51,125 nucleotides of DNA from a virus (Duplodnaviria; Caudoviricetes): IMG/VR virus record IMGVR_UViG_3300043433_000078, positions 1 through 51,125 of that record; one strand, 5' to 3'. Below are positions 17,839 through 26,149 of the stretch, piece after piece (position 1 is the stretch's first letter; each line of letters starts with the position of its first letter). A program made the translations under genes and the position numbers. The notes beneath the pieces are model-generated. The model had not been told where the DNA came from and searched no databases. It was given only the letters and a program-made list of their open reading frames with translations.

Positions 17839-18015
17839 ATGGAACAATTATTAAACCAAATCGTAGAGGTTATTGACTCAGTTAGAGAAGATGCTGCTAA
17901 ATTTGAAGAAAAAGGAAATGGTGCTGCCGGAACCAGAGTTCGTAAAGCAATGCAAACGATTAAAACTTTGGCTCAAGATGTAAGAAACCACGTTTCTGAG
18001 GCGAAAAAAGCATAA
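17839..18015 (+). CDS. histone H1-like (Hc1 family) small protein, 58 aa
   Basis: MEQLLNQIVEVIDSVREDAAKFEEKGNGAAGTRVRKAMQTIKTLAQDVR; KGN.AAGTR.RK motif; missed by the ORF track. Confidence 0.8.
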   Translation: MEQLLNQIVEVIDSVREDAAKFEEKGNGAAGTRVRKAMQTIKTLAQDVRNHVSEAKKA

Positions 18016-18257
18016 CAATTTTAAAAAACTGTTCGAGTAGGCGTTAACGACTTATTCACTCTGACGCTAAAGTGGTGGACAATTATATAGATAAAGGTCA
18101 CTAGTCAATAACGATAAGCAGTAGTTCTAAAGCTGAACTTGAGGCTAGAGCGGTTGGATTCCGAAGTGATATGAGTTTTAAATGGGATAGGCTAGTTTCT
18201 CATATTGCAAATTTTTAAATGATATATAATATCACAAAGTTCTTTAACATATTATTT

Positions 18258-18399
18258 AGGTTCCTTACAGCAATCAAACTCTATAAGGAAACTGGTGTCG
18301 AAAGACGTGTAGGTTCGAGTCCTACCTCTCCAACAAATATTAAAATATTTGGAGAGTGGTGAAATTGGTAGACACACTAGTCAAGATAAATGGAACCTG
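18258..18399 (+). ncRNA. circularly permuted tRNA-Leu-like RNA inside a conserved closing stem (Y RNA/YrlA-like topology)
   Basis: The 3' half (ACTGG, variable arm, GTAGG-TTCGAGT-CCTAC, CTCTCCA) precedes the 5' half (TGGAGAG, GGTGAAATTGGTAGACAC, CTAGT); flanks are AGGTTCC/GGAACCT. Confidence 0.8.
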
Positions 18400-18404
18400 T
18401 TATC

Positions 18405-18476
18405 GGGGGATTAGCTGAGATGGCTTAGCACCGCCCTTGCACGGCGGAGACAGGAGTTCGAATCTCCTATCCTCCA
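18405..18476 (+). tRNA. tRNA-Ala(TGC)
   Basis: GGGGGAT/ATCCTCC with G3:U70; CCGCC-CTTGCAC-GGCGG; T arm present; no encoded CCA. Confidence 0.95.
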
Positions 18477-18489
18477 CAATATTTCTAAA

Positions 18490-18548
18490 AGGATACGTTC
18501 AGCAAATTAAAAAACTTGAATCTGTAAACTCAACAAAAAGTTATCCTG
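18490..18548 (+). ncRNA. minimal element of the same closing-stem family carrying a Tyr-type anticodon loop
   Basis: AGGATA-CG-TTCAGCAA...TTGA-AT-CTGTAAA-C-TCAA...TATCCTG. Confidence 0.6.
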
Positions 18549-18561
18549 TAAATATTAAACT

Positions 18562-18647
18562 ACCCGGGTGGCGAAATCGGTAGACGCGCTGGACTTAAAC
18601 TCCAGTTGACAGTAATGTCAGTGCGGGTTCAACTCCCGCCCCGGGTA
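18562..18647 (+). tRNA. tRNA-Leu(TAA)
   Basis: ACCCGGG/CCCGGGT; CTGGA-CTTAAAC-TCCAG; long variable arm; no encoded CCA. Confidence 0.95.
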
Positions 18648-18650
18648 CTA

Positions 18651-18786
18651 AGGATGGTTACTGCAAATAATAAAAACTAGGCTGTTAACCTCGTGGTCGT
18701 CGGTTCGAATCCGGCCTTTGAACACCGCCTTAAGTGGCACGTTCAGAGTAGCTCAGTTGGTAGAGCACGTACATAAACCCATCCTG
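18651..18786 (+). ncRNA. circularly permuted tRNA-Asn(GTT)-like RNA inside a conserved closing stem
   Basis: AGG-CTGTTAA-CCTCG, TGGTC, GTCGG-TTCGAAT-CCGGC, CTTTGAA, loop, then TTCAGAG-TA-GCTCAGTTGGTAGAGC-A-CG; flanks are AGGATGG/CCATCCT. Confidence 0.85.
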
Positions 18787-18874
18787 ATATACATAAAAAG
18801 TGTCTCGGTACGCTCTGGCTTCCAGAAGTTCAACGACGAGGTCTCGATAGGCAGAACGCGTCTGACCTATCCAC

Positions 18875-18906
18875 AAAAAAGAAGGGACCTTTTGGTCCCT
18901 TTTTCT
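18875..18906. terminator. bidirectional intrinsic terminator
   Basis: AAAAAAGAAGGGACC-TTTT-GGTCCCTTTTTCT between convergent units. Confidence 0.8.
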
Positions 18907-18923
18907 ATTTTATATGAATTTAA

Positions 18924-20096
18924 TTAGATAAAGTCAATTTCCCATAGGGTTAAGTGAACATATCCAGTACCACTTACATGACTTACATTAAGATTATATC
19001 CTCCACTTCCAAATAAGGTTACTGCATTAACAGTATACGTTGCAGTATTAGAAGGTGTTGTTGTTGATTTAAGTACAATAGTATCTCCATTGGAAATCGC
19101 AGCTAAAAACGCAGATATGTCAGTTATATTATTACCTGCAGAATCTTTAGCAAATTTACTTACATAAAGATTTGTTGCTAATTCTAATTGATTAGAATTG
19201 TTTGCACTCATTGCAAACTGACCTTGCTGTGATGGATCTCCGGCGGTCCAGTAATGTTTCGTACCAGTAGGACCGCCAAATGATACAGAAACCGGATCAC
19301 TATAAGTAAATGATCCATCAGTACTAGCAGTTTGGATATTTACCGGGAACGAAAGGAATTGATTGCTATTAATAAAGAAAACTCCAGGTTGAGGACTAGT
19401 ATACGTTGCTGATTGTCCATTCTGCGTTATCGTAATAGTTCCTCCATTTTGTGCTAAATTATTAAATTCAGTTAAGAAACTATCATTAGTGCTATCTGAA
19501 ACATTTAAGTGAATCATTTTTTGTGAACTTCCATCAAAATTAGGGTCGTATGACTCTAATGTACCACCAGCAACTCCATATTCTGTGATAATAAAGTTAC
19601 CTGCTGATGTAGGTGGACCTACGTCTAAAGTACCACTTGTGCTATAGAAGAACCATTCTCCAGCTCCAGTGCTTGGTCCACTTGGAGTTGTTGGAGTTAC
19701 AGGATTACTATAAGTCCAAGCAGCTTCTCCGTAACTTGTCCAATATCCATTAGCTAATAACCATGTTTTAGCGTCATTAACGTTTGAAATCGGTGCAAGT
19801 GATAAATTAGCCATTAAATGATTAAATAGATCTAAGAAAGAAATATCTGTTAAAGAATCGCTTCTTAAGAATCCAATTCCACATGGAATATTTAATTGGT
19901 TAGGATGTGAAAATGTTCCGTCATAATATGCAATGATATATCCTAAAGATTCATCTGGTCCTGCCCACCAGTCAAATCCTCCTAGATTATTGTAATTTTG
20001 ATCTGCTACCCCGATCAGGATGTTTTGAGATTGTGAAGTTCCACTTGGTATTGTGGATGTTCCATCCCAGACAGCAAAAGGTCTGTATTGAGCCAT
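18924..20096 (-). CDS. putative virion/structural protein (Gly/Ser/Thr-rich)
   Basis: 390-aa ORF preceded on the minus strand by GATATATA (20117-20124); composition suggests beta-rich structure. Confidence 0.65.
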   Translation of the reverse strand: MAQYRPFAVWDGTSTIPSGTSQSQNILIGVADQNYNNLGGFDWWAGPDESLGYIIAYYDGTFSHPNQLNIPCGIGFLRSDSLTDISFLDLFNHLMANLSLAPISNVNDAKTWLLANGYWTSYGEAAWTYSNPVTPTTPSGPSTGAGEWFFYSTSGTLDVGPPTSAGNFIITEYGVAGGTLESYDPNFDGSSQKMIHLNVSDSTNDSFLTEFNNLAQNGGTITITQNGQSATYTSPQPGVFFINSNQFLSFPVNIQTASTDGSFTYSDPVSVSFGGPTGTKHYWTAGDPSQQGQFAMSANNSNQLELATNLYVSKFAKDSAGNNITDISAFLAAISNGDTIVLKSTTTPSNTATYTVNAVTLFGSGGYNLNVSHVSGTGYVHLTLWEIDFI

Positions 20097-20187
20097 TCGA
20101 ATTAATTATTTTTAGTTATATATCAAGAGGATTACTATGAAACAATTTTAAAGTTACTAATATAAATATCTAAAATAAGTACATATC

Positions 20188-20610
20188 ATGAAAGATGCAT
20201 TATTATATTGGCCTCGATTCTTTAAAGAGGCATGGATTAATAGAAAATACTATAAAGCAGTAAAATCAATCGAAGCTGAATTAAATGCTGAAAATCTTCG
20301 AGTGGATTGGATCGGTAGAATTTACGGTGTTATGGAAATTAAAGAAGAGTTCGTTAATCAACCAGAACTAGTTCAACAATCAATCGTATTTCAACAGTTA
20401 GCGCCAGTTAACGATCTATTAATGAAATATGGTCTTTCAGAACTATCATACCCAGATATTAGCAAAATACCTGGAACAAGTCAATTTCTTGTAATTCTCT
20501 ATCCAGAGAATGATTACTTTAACTTAACATCATTTATTAGAAATGTTCTTTTTGCAGGAATATTAACAGTGGTAGGATTTATTATAAACTGGATCGTAAC
20601 ATTATTTTAA
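20188..20610 (+). CDS. hypothetical protein with C-terminal TM helix
   Basis: ORF after a class II promoter. Confidence 0.7.
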   Translation: MKDALLYWPRFFKEAWINRKYYKAVKSIEAELNAENLRVDWIGRIYGVMEIKEEFVNQPELVQQSIVFQQLAPVNDLLMKYGLSELSYPDISKIPGTSQFLVILYPENDYFNLTSFIRNVLFAGILTVVGFIINWIVTLF

Positions 20611-21362
20611 TGGAATCTATTGAAAGGGTCGAAGTCAACGGACGCCGATATTATCAAGTGACTGTTGATGGATCTATCATAGGAACCTTTCCTAGTATGA
20701 CCACAATTCTTGGGAATACTAAAGATAATGATGGACTTAATGAATGGAGAGACAGTGTAGGTCATGAAGAGGCTGATAGAATTTCAAATCTATCAATGAA
20801 TCGAGGAACTATTATGCACCGTCTTCTTGAGTTATATCAAGTACTTGAAGGTACACCCTGTCAACGTTTATCTCAATTGATATTCATATCACAAAATGAC
20901 GAAGAGATTAACCAATTCAATGAGGATCCTTCTGGAGAGGAATGGCTTAAGCAAGGATGGGAATTCTTCCTAAAATTCTGGCTACATCATGATGAATTTT
21001 TTGGTAGAGTTGTTAAAGTCCTAGCATCTGAAAAATTCATTTGGTCAAAACGAGGATATGCAGGAACGCTTGATAATGCTTCAGAAATCATCGGAAACAA
21101 AATACTAATTATAGACTATAAGAATAGTCGAAAGCCAAAACAAGATTCGTGGATTGAAGATTATTTTTGTCAAGTTGCAGGATATTCAATAGCATTTTGG
21201 GAGCGAACAGGAATAGTTCCAACAGGATGCGAAATTTGGATGGCAAACGAAATTGAAGACAAACCACAGATTTTTACATTAACACAAAGTGATATAAAAT
21301 ATTACTTTAAAGAATTTACAAAAAGATTAAATCAATATAAAGAAGAGAATGGAGAGGAATAA
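20610..21362 (+). CDS. PD-(D/E)XK exonuclease
   Basis: PSMTTIL, RGT.MH, E...GYAGTLD...IIDYK, Q..GY. Confidence 0.82.
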   Translation: MESIERVEVNGRRYYQVTVDGSIIGTFPSMTTILGNTKDNDGLNEWRDSVGHEEADRISNLSMNRGTIMHRLLELYQVLEGTPCQRLSQLIFISQNDEEINQFNEDPSGEEWLKQGWEFFLKFWLHHDEFFGRVVKVLASEKFIWSKRGYAGTLDNASEIIGNKILIIDYKNSRKPKQDSWIEDYFCQVAGYSIAFWERTGIVPTGCEIWMANEIEDKPQIFTLTQSDIKYYFKEFTKRLNQYKEENGEE

Positions 21363-22005
21363 AGCAAATGATGCATGGCAAATCTTAAGAATTCAAGGAG
21401 AATTTACTAAAGGATTTGATACCTTTAGCGAACTTGGTCCCTGTATTTCAGTGTTTGGTAGTGCAAGAACAGCAGTTGGAAGTAAGTGGTATGAAGAGGC
21501 CAGAAAGTTTGGAGCTCTTATAAGCCGAGAAGGCTTTGGCGTTATAACTGGAGGTGGACCTGGTATTATGCAAGGTGCTAACCAAGGTACTAATGAAGTT
21601 GGTGGTAAATCTATTGGAATTGGAATTGAATTACCATTCGAAGCAGGTATGAACCCTTACGTTGATCTTGGCGTTGAATGTAGATATTTCTTTACACGTA
21701 AAGTTATGTTCTTAAAATACTCACAAGGATTTGCGGTATTTCCAGGAGGACTAGGAACTCTTGACGAATTTTTTGAAGCAGTTACACTGTCACAATGTGG
21801 ACATAACATTAAATATCCAATCGTACTTGTTGGTAAGGATTACTGGACAGGTTTAATTGAATGGTTAAAAGATGTTGCTGTTGAAAATGGAATGATTAGT
21901 GATAAAGACCTAAATTTATTCCGAATTGTCGATAGCGCTGAAGAGGCTAGAGACAAAATTGTAGAATATCACAACAAATATAAAACTAACGAAACAAATT
22001 TTTAA
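21349..22005 (+). CDS. LOG family protein (TIGR00730-like nucleotide phosphoribohydrolase)
   Basis: VFGSAR, ITGGGPGIM, FFTRKVMF, PGGLGTLDE. Confidence 0.9.
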   Translation: MERNKANDAWQILRIQGEFTKGFDTFSELGPCISVFGSARTAVGSKWYEEARKFGALISREGFGVITGGGPGIMQGANQGTNEVGGKSIGIGIELPFEAGMNPYVDLGVECRYFFTRKVMFLKYSQGFAVFPGGLGTLDEFFEAVTLSQCGHNIKYPIVLVGKDYWTGLIEWLKDVAVENGMISDKDLNLFRIVDSAEEARDKIVEYHNKYKTNETNF

Positions 22006-23073
22006 ATGAAAGCAAACAAGAAATTTCTTTATAAGTATCTAAATGCTTATGCTCCTGTAGCTCAGGAAACCGAAGGTCAAAAAATATGGATTGATTATGT
22101 CAGACCTTATGTTAATCAAGTAACAGTAGACTCATACGGAACTGCAGTTGCAACATTAAACACACTACATACTGAAGATTCAAGCCTTAATGTTGTAATC
22201 GAAGCGCATTGTGATGAAATCGCATGGATTGTTACTCATATCGAAAGTGATGGAATGATCAGAGTTAAAAGACACGGTGGTTCAGATAACATGATTGCAC
22301 CTTCTAAAACCGTTATTATCCATACACATGATGGTAAGAAATTAAGAGGATTATTTGGATGGCCAGCAATTCATACTAGAGATGAATACACATCAAGAGG
22401 ATACGATCAACAAGAACTTTGGGTTGATATGGGTCTTAAAGATAAAGAAACTGTTGTAAAAGCAGGAGTAGAGATTGGAAACTTAATTACATTCGATACT
22501 CAATTTGAAGAGATTGGAGATTATTATGTAGGTCGATCTTTAGATAATAAAATTGGAGGTTATATTATTGCAGAAGCCTTAAGAAAGCTTGATGGATATG
22601 CATTACCTTACAATTTACATGTAGTCAATTCAGTACAAGAAGAGGTTGGTTTATATGGAGCAAAAATGATCGCTAAAAAACTACAAGCTGATTTGGCTCT
22701 GGTACATGACGTTTGCCACAACACAAATACTCCTAAAATTGACAAGGCAAAAGACGGTGATAATAAAGGTGGAGACGGTCCTTGTTTAGAATACACAGCA
22801 CAAAACCATAGAAAAATTAACAAGATGTTAAGAGAAGTTGCTGCTGATAAAAAGCTTCCAGTTCAACTAACAGTCGGAAGTTATGGAAACGATACAATGG
22901 CTTTCTTTTTAGAAAATACACCAACTGCTATTTTAGCAACTCCATTAAAGTATATGCATACAACTTGTGAAATGGCGCACAAAGATGATGTTAAAAACTG
23001 CATCATATTATTTGTTGAATTCTTAAAGGCGTTAACGCCTGAAAAAATTCGTGAAATTAAAGGAAATATATAA
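22006..23073 (+). CDS. M42 family metallopeptidase
   Basis: AHCDEI, LDNKIG, QEEVGLYGA, YMHT..E. Confidence 0.88.
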   Translation: MKANKKFLYKYLNAYAPVAQETEGQKIWIDYVRPYVNQVTVDSYGTAVATLNTLHTEDSSLNVVIEAHCDEIAWIVTHIESDGMIRVKRHGGSDNMIAPSKTVIIHTHDGKKLRGLFGWPAIHTRDEYTSRGYDQQELWVDMGLKDKETVVKAGVEIGNLITFDTQFEEIGDYYVGRSLDNKIGGYIIAEALRKLDGYALPYNLHVVNSVQEEVGLYGAKMIAKKLQADLALVHDVCHNTNTPKIDKAKDGDNKGGDGPCLEYTAQNHRKINKMLREVAADKKLPVQLTVGSYGNDTMAFFLENTPTAILATPLKYMHTTCEMAHKDDVKNCIILFVEFLKALTPEKIREIKGNI

Positions 23074-23102
23074 CATTCATAAACACTAAAAAAATTATTA
23101 TT

Positions 23103-23393
23103 ATGGAAAAAATTAATCAATTTTTCGCAAAACACGGTTCTAAAGTAATTGCAATCTTATTAGTATTAGTATACTTTAAATCATGTTCTATCGATTCAGA
23201 AGTTACAACTTTAAAGAAAGCTGCGAAAGCAAACACTGAAATCATCAATTCTTTACCAAAAGCAAAAGATGTTAAAATCGAGGGATTAAATGCTGAAAAG
23301 AGAATGATTCAAGCAACAGACAGAAGATTATTAGATGTTAAAAGACAGACTGAAATCGAAGCTGAAATTAAAACGTTAGAGGAATCTAAATAA
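23103..23393 (+). CDS. membrane-anchored coiled-coil protein
   Basis: N-terminal hydrophobic segment followed by KSC. Confidence 0.65.
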   Translation: MEKINQFFAKHGSKVIAILLVLVYFKSCSIDSEVTTLKKAAKANTEIINSLPKAKDVKIEGLNAEKRMIQATDRRLLDVKRQTEIEAEIKTLEESK

Positions 23394-23394
23394 T

Positions 23395-23619
23395 ATGGCC
23401 ATTGAAAAAAGATCACAGGGTTTCGGAGATGACGTTGCAAAATTTACAAATGCAATCAAGCTTGATATTGCTGCTGACAAAATAGCAAAAGCATTAGGAT
23501 ATAAAGATTGTGGATGTGGAGAGCGTCAACAGGAATTAAACAATCCAGATCTTTTAGTAAATAAAATATTTTATAAAAACACAGAAGAAGATGAGAACAT
23601 CGAAGAGCAAGGCAGTTAA
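23395..23619 (+). CDS. hypothetical protein (GDD...DCGC..RQ..LN motif)
   Basis: ORF in operon context. Confidence 0.7.
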   Translation: MAIEKRSQGFGDDVAKFTNAIKLDIAADKIAKALGYKDCGCGERQQELNNPDLLVNKIFYKNTEEDENIEEQGS

Positions 23620-24463
23620 TGCCTTTATCATAGGAACATTCGTATCACTATACTTATTAGTTTCAATTATTTCAACAATTCACGTAATTGACTTTTTTAA
23701 ATTATCAAATCCAGATTGGTTAGCTATTTCTTTAGCAATCGGATTTGAATTAGGAGCAGCAGCATCGCTTGCGGCATTAATCACCCTAGATAAAATGAAC
23801 AAAACAATGGTATGGGCCCTATTCATTGTAATTACTGCAATGCAAATGCAAGGTAACATGTACTATGCATATAGTCATATTAAAGATTATCAGGGTTGGG
23901 TTGAATTATTTAATTTAGTTGAATGGGAACCAATTGCACAAAAAAGGTTATTGGCTGCAGTTTCAGGAGCAATCTTACCACTTGTAGCATTAGGATTTAT
24001 TAAATCATTAGTAGATTATATTAAACCTGAGAGTGATACAGATCCAATCAGTGTTGAAGATTTAGATGTTATTGTTGAGGAAATTAATCATCCAGTAAAC
24101 ATAACTAAAGAGGATCTTGTAGAGGAAATTGAGGAAGGATTTGATGAATTAGAGGATCTAGAATCAGCAGTTGAGGAATTCCAAGAATCAATTGAAATCT
24201 TAGAGAAATCAGAAGAGTTAACTCCAGAAATTAAATTAGAAATCGAGGACTTAGAAGATTCAATTGAAGATCTAGAAGATTCAATTGAAGATTTAGAAGA
24301 GGAAATCATCGATGAGATTGAAGATTTACAAAGTATTGAAAAAAGTTATGGCGTTGTTGATGTAATTAACCAGCCAGAAACTACAAAAATAGCTCCAAAA
24401 CCAAAAAAGTTAAAAGTTTTTAATAACAATACACATCGATGGGATGAAGTTGATGCAAAATAA
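23591..24463 (+). CDS. multi-pass membrane protein with acidic repeat tail
   Basis: Four hydrophobic segments; EDLEDSI repeats. Confidence 0.75.
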   Translation: MRTSKSKAVNAFIIGTFVSLYLLVSIISTIHVIDFFKLSNPDWLAISLAIGFELGAAASLAALITLDKMNKTMVWALFIVITAMQMQGNMYYAYSHIKDYQGWVELFNLVEWEPIAQKRLLAAVSGAILPLVALGFIKSLVDYIKPESDTDPISVEDLDVIVEEINHPVNITKEDLVEEIEEGFDELEDLESAVEEFQESIEILEKSEELTPEIKLEIEDLEDSIEDLEDSIEDLEEEIIDEIEDLQSIEKSYGVVDVINQPETTKIAPKPKKLKVFNNNTHRWDEVDAK

Positions 24464-24884
24464 TACTGAAGTTGTTCTAGAAAGAACAAGATTATTTAAG
24501 CCATACATTAGTAAGAAAATAGAACCAGGGACCCTTCAAAAGGTCCTTGATTCAACTTACCAGACAGCATACCGATTATATTTAATTTCGAATGGAATTA
24601 AAGAATTTCAAAACTTTGCAAGTATTTCAAGCGAGGAATACGATTTAACAGCTTATGTTAAAACAGAATGTGGATTTGTTGGTGAAGCAAATAGACAAGT
24701 TTGGGCAATAACACATTTACAACCACTACTACAGAAAAAGCCCATATATACTTTAAGATGTGAACTTAAGCATATGATGAGCAATAAAGTTATTTATAAA
24801 TGCGTATTAGAGCATAAAAATCCTGAGGTAATCTACGACCAAATTCAGGAATGTATTACTAATTTAAAAGAAATATTAAAATGA
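24444..24884 (+). CDS. hypothetical protein
   Basis: ORF in operon context. Confidence 0.65.
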   Translation: MKLMQNNTEVVLERTRLFKPYISKKIEPGTLQKVLDSTYQTAYRLYLISNGIKEFQNFASISSEEYDLTAYVKTECGFVGEANRQVWAITHLQPLLQKKPIYTLRCELKHMMSNKVIYKCVLEHKNPEVIYDQIQECITNLKEILK

Positions 24885-25780
24885 GAAGTTTATTAAAAAG
24901 AGGAGACACTGGAGAGGATGTCAAATTATTACAGAAAGCTCTTGGAGTTACTCCAGTTAATGGCAAATTTGGGCCAAAAACAGATGAAGCTGTAAGAAAT
25001 TTTCAAGGAAGCCATGGCTTAGAAATCGATGGATTAGTTGGATCAAGTACCCAGAAAATGATTTTTAAAGAGGATCTAGAACAACATTTAGATACTGAAA
25101 TTACCCTTAATCAATTCGAACATTATTATTTAGATATGGATGAATATCATCCAGGACCAAATAAACCTGAATACTTATTCCTTCACCATACTGCTGGAAA
25201 TGAAAATCCAGTCGCAACTGTTGATATGTGGAATGATGATACTAGAGGTAGAATTGCAACCGAATTTGTTATTGGAGGTACTTCGATTAATGGTAAGAGC
25301 ACTAAATGGGATGGACTTATTGTTAAGTGTATGCCTGATGGAGGTTATGCAGCACACTTAGGTGATAATGGTTCTCAGAGTATGCATAACAATTCAGTAG
25401 GAATCGAAGTTTGTAATTTTGGTCCCTTAACTAAAGTTGGAAATGTTTACAAAACATATACAGGATCAATCGTACAACCCGATCAAGTATGTGACCTAGG
25501 TTTTAAATTCCGCGGCTTTCAATATTACCATAAGTATACTGAAGCTCAAATCGAAGCACTTAGAGAATTAATCCTATTCATCGCTGAAAGAAATGGTATT
25601 AACATTAAGAAAGGATTGGTTGAATGGCTGAACACTAAAACACCTGCTGAAGCATTTGATTTTAGTAAAGATGCTTGGTCCGGAAAAGTGAAAGGTATCT
25701 TAACGCATACAAACACAAGACGCGACAAGAGCGATATGTCACCGCAGCCTGAACTAATTGAAATGCTTAAGTCACTATAG
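24881..25780 (+). CDS. N-acetylmuramoyl-L-alanine amidase with PG-binding domain (endolysin candidate)
   Basis: L.RGD.GEDVK.LQ...G.FG..T...V..FQ..HGL..DG.VG; LHHTAG, SVGIEV, TH...R.DKSD. Confidence 0.85.
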   Translation: MRSLLKRGDTGEDVKLLQKALGVTPVNGKFGPKTDEAVRNFQGSHGLEIDGLVGSSTQKMIFKEDLEQHLDTEITLNQFEHYYLDMDEYHPGPNKPEYLFLHHTAGNENPVATVDMWNDDTRGRIATEFVIGGTSINGKSTKWDGLIVKCMPDGGYAAHLGDNGSQSMHNNSVGIEVCNFGPLTKVGNVYKTYTGSIVQPDQVCDLGFKFRGFQYYHKYTEAQIEALRELILFIAERNGINIKKGLVEWLNTKTPAEAFDFSKDAWSGKVKGILTHTNTRRDKSDMSPQPELIEMLKSL

Positions 25781-25838
25781 TGAAACAAATCCTAAAAGAC
25801 TGATATAATAATTTTATAATAATTTAAAACAAGATACA

Positions 25839-26093
25839 ATGGCAGAAGTTAAAGAAATTTTAAAAGATCAAATTGAAAATCAGGAAAATGCAACAGTTTC
25901 TCAACCAGAGTCAAACGGTCCTGAAAATGATTTTCAACCAATCTTCGATGAGATTCAAGAAATGAATCCAGGAGGAGCAGTTAATGTATTGATTCAAGCA
26001 GCACAGCAAGCTCAAGCTGCTGGAGCTCTAACTCTTAGAGATTCAGTTGTAGTTGCTCAAGCAATCAACATTTTGCGCCCAGGTTCTATCTAA
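25839..26093 (+). CDS. hypothetical protein
   Basis: ORF between a class II promoter and a terminator. Confidence 0.7.
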   Translation: MAEVKEILKDQIENQENATVSQPESNGPENDFQPIFDEIQEMNPGGAVNVLIQAAQQAQAAGALTLRDSVVVAQAINILRPGSI

Positions 26094-26117
26094 TAGATAT
26101 TAAACCTAAATCTACTC

Positions 26118-26149
26118 AAAAGACTCTAATTTTATTAGGGTCTTTTTTT
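26118..26149 (+). terminator. intrinsic terminator
   Basis: AAAAGACTCTAAT-TTT-ATTAGGGTCTTTTTTT. Confidence 0.8.
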
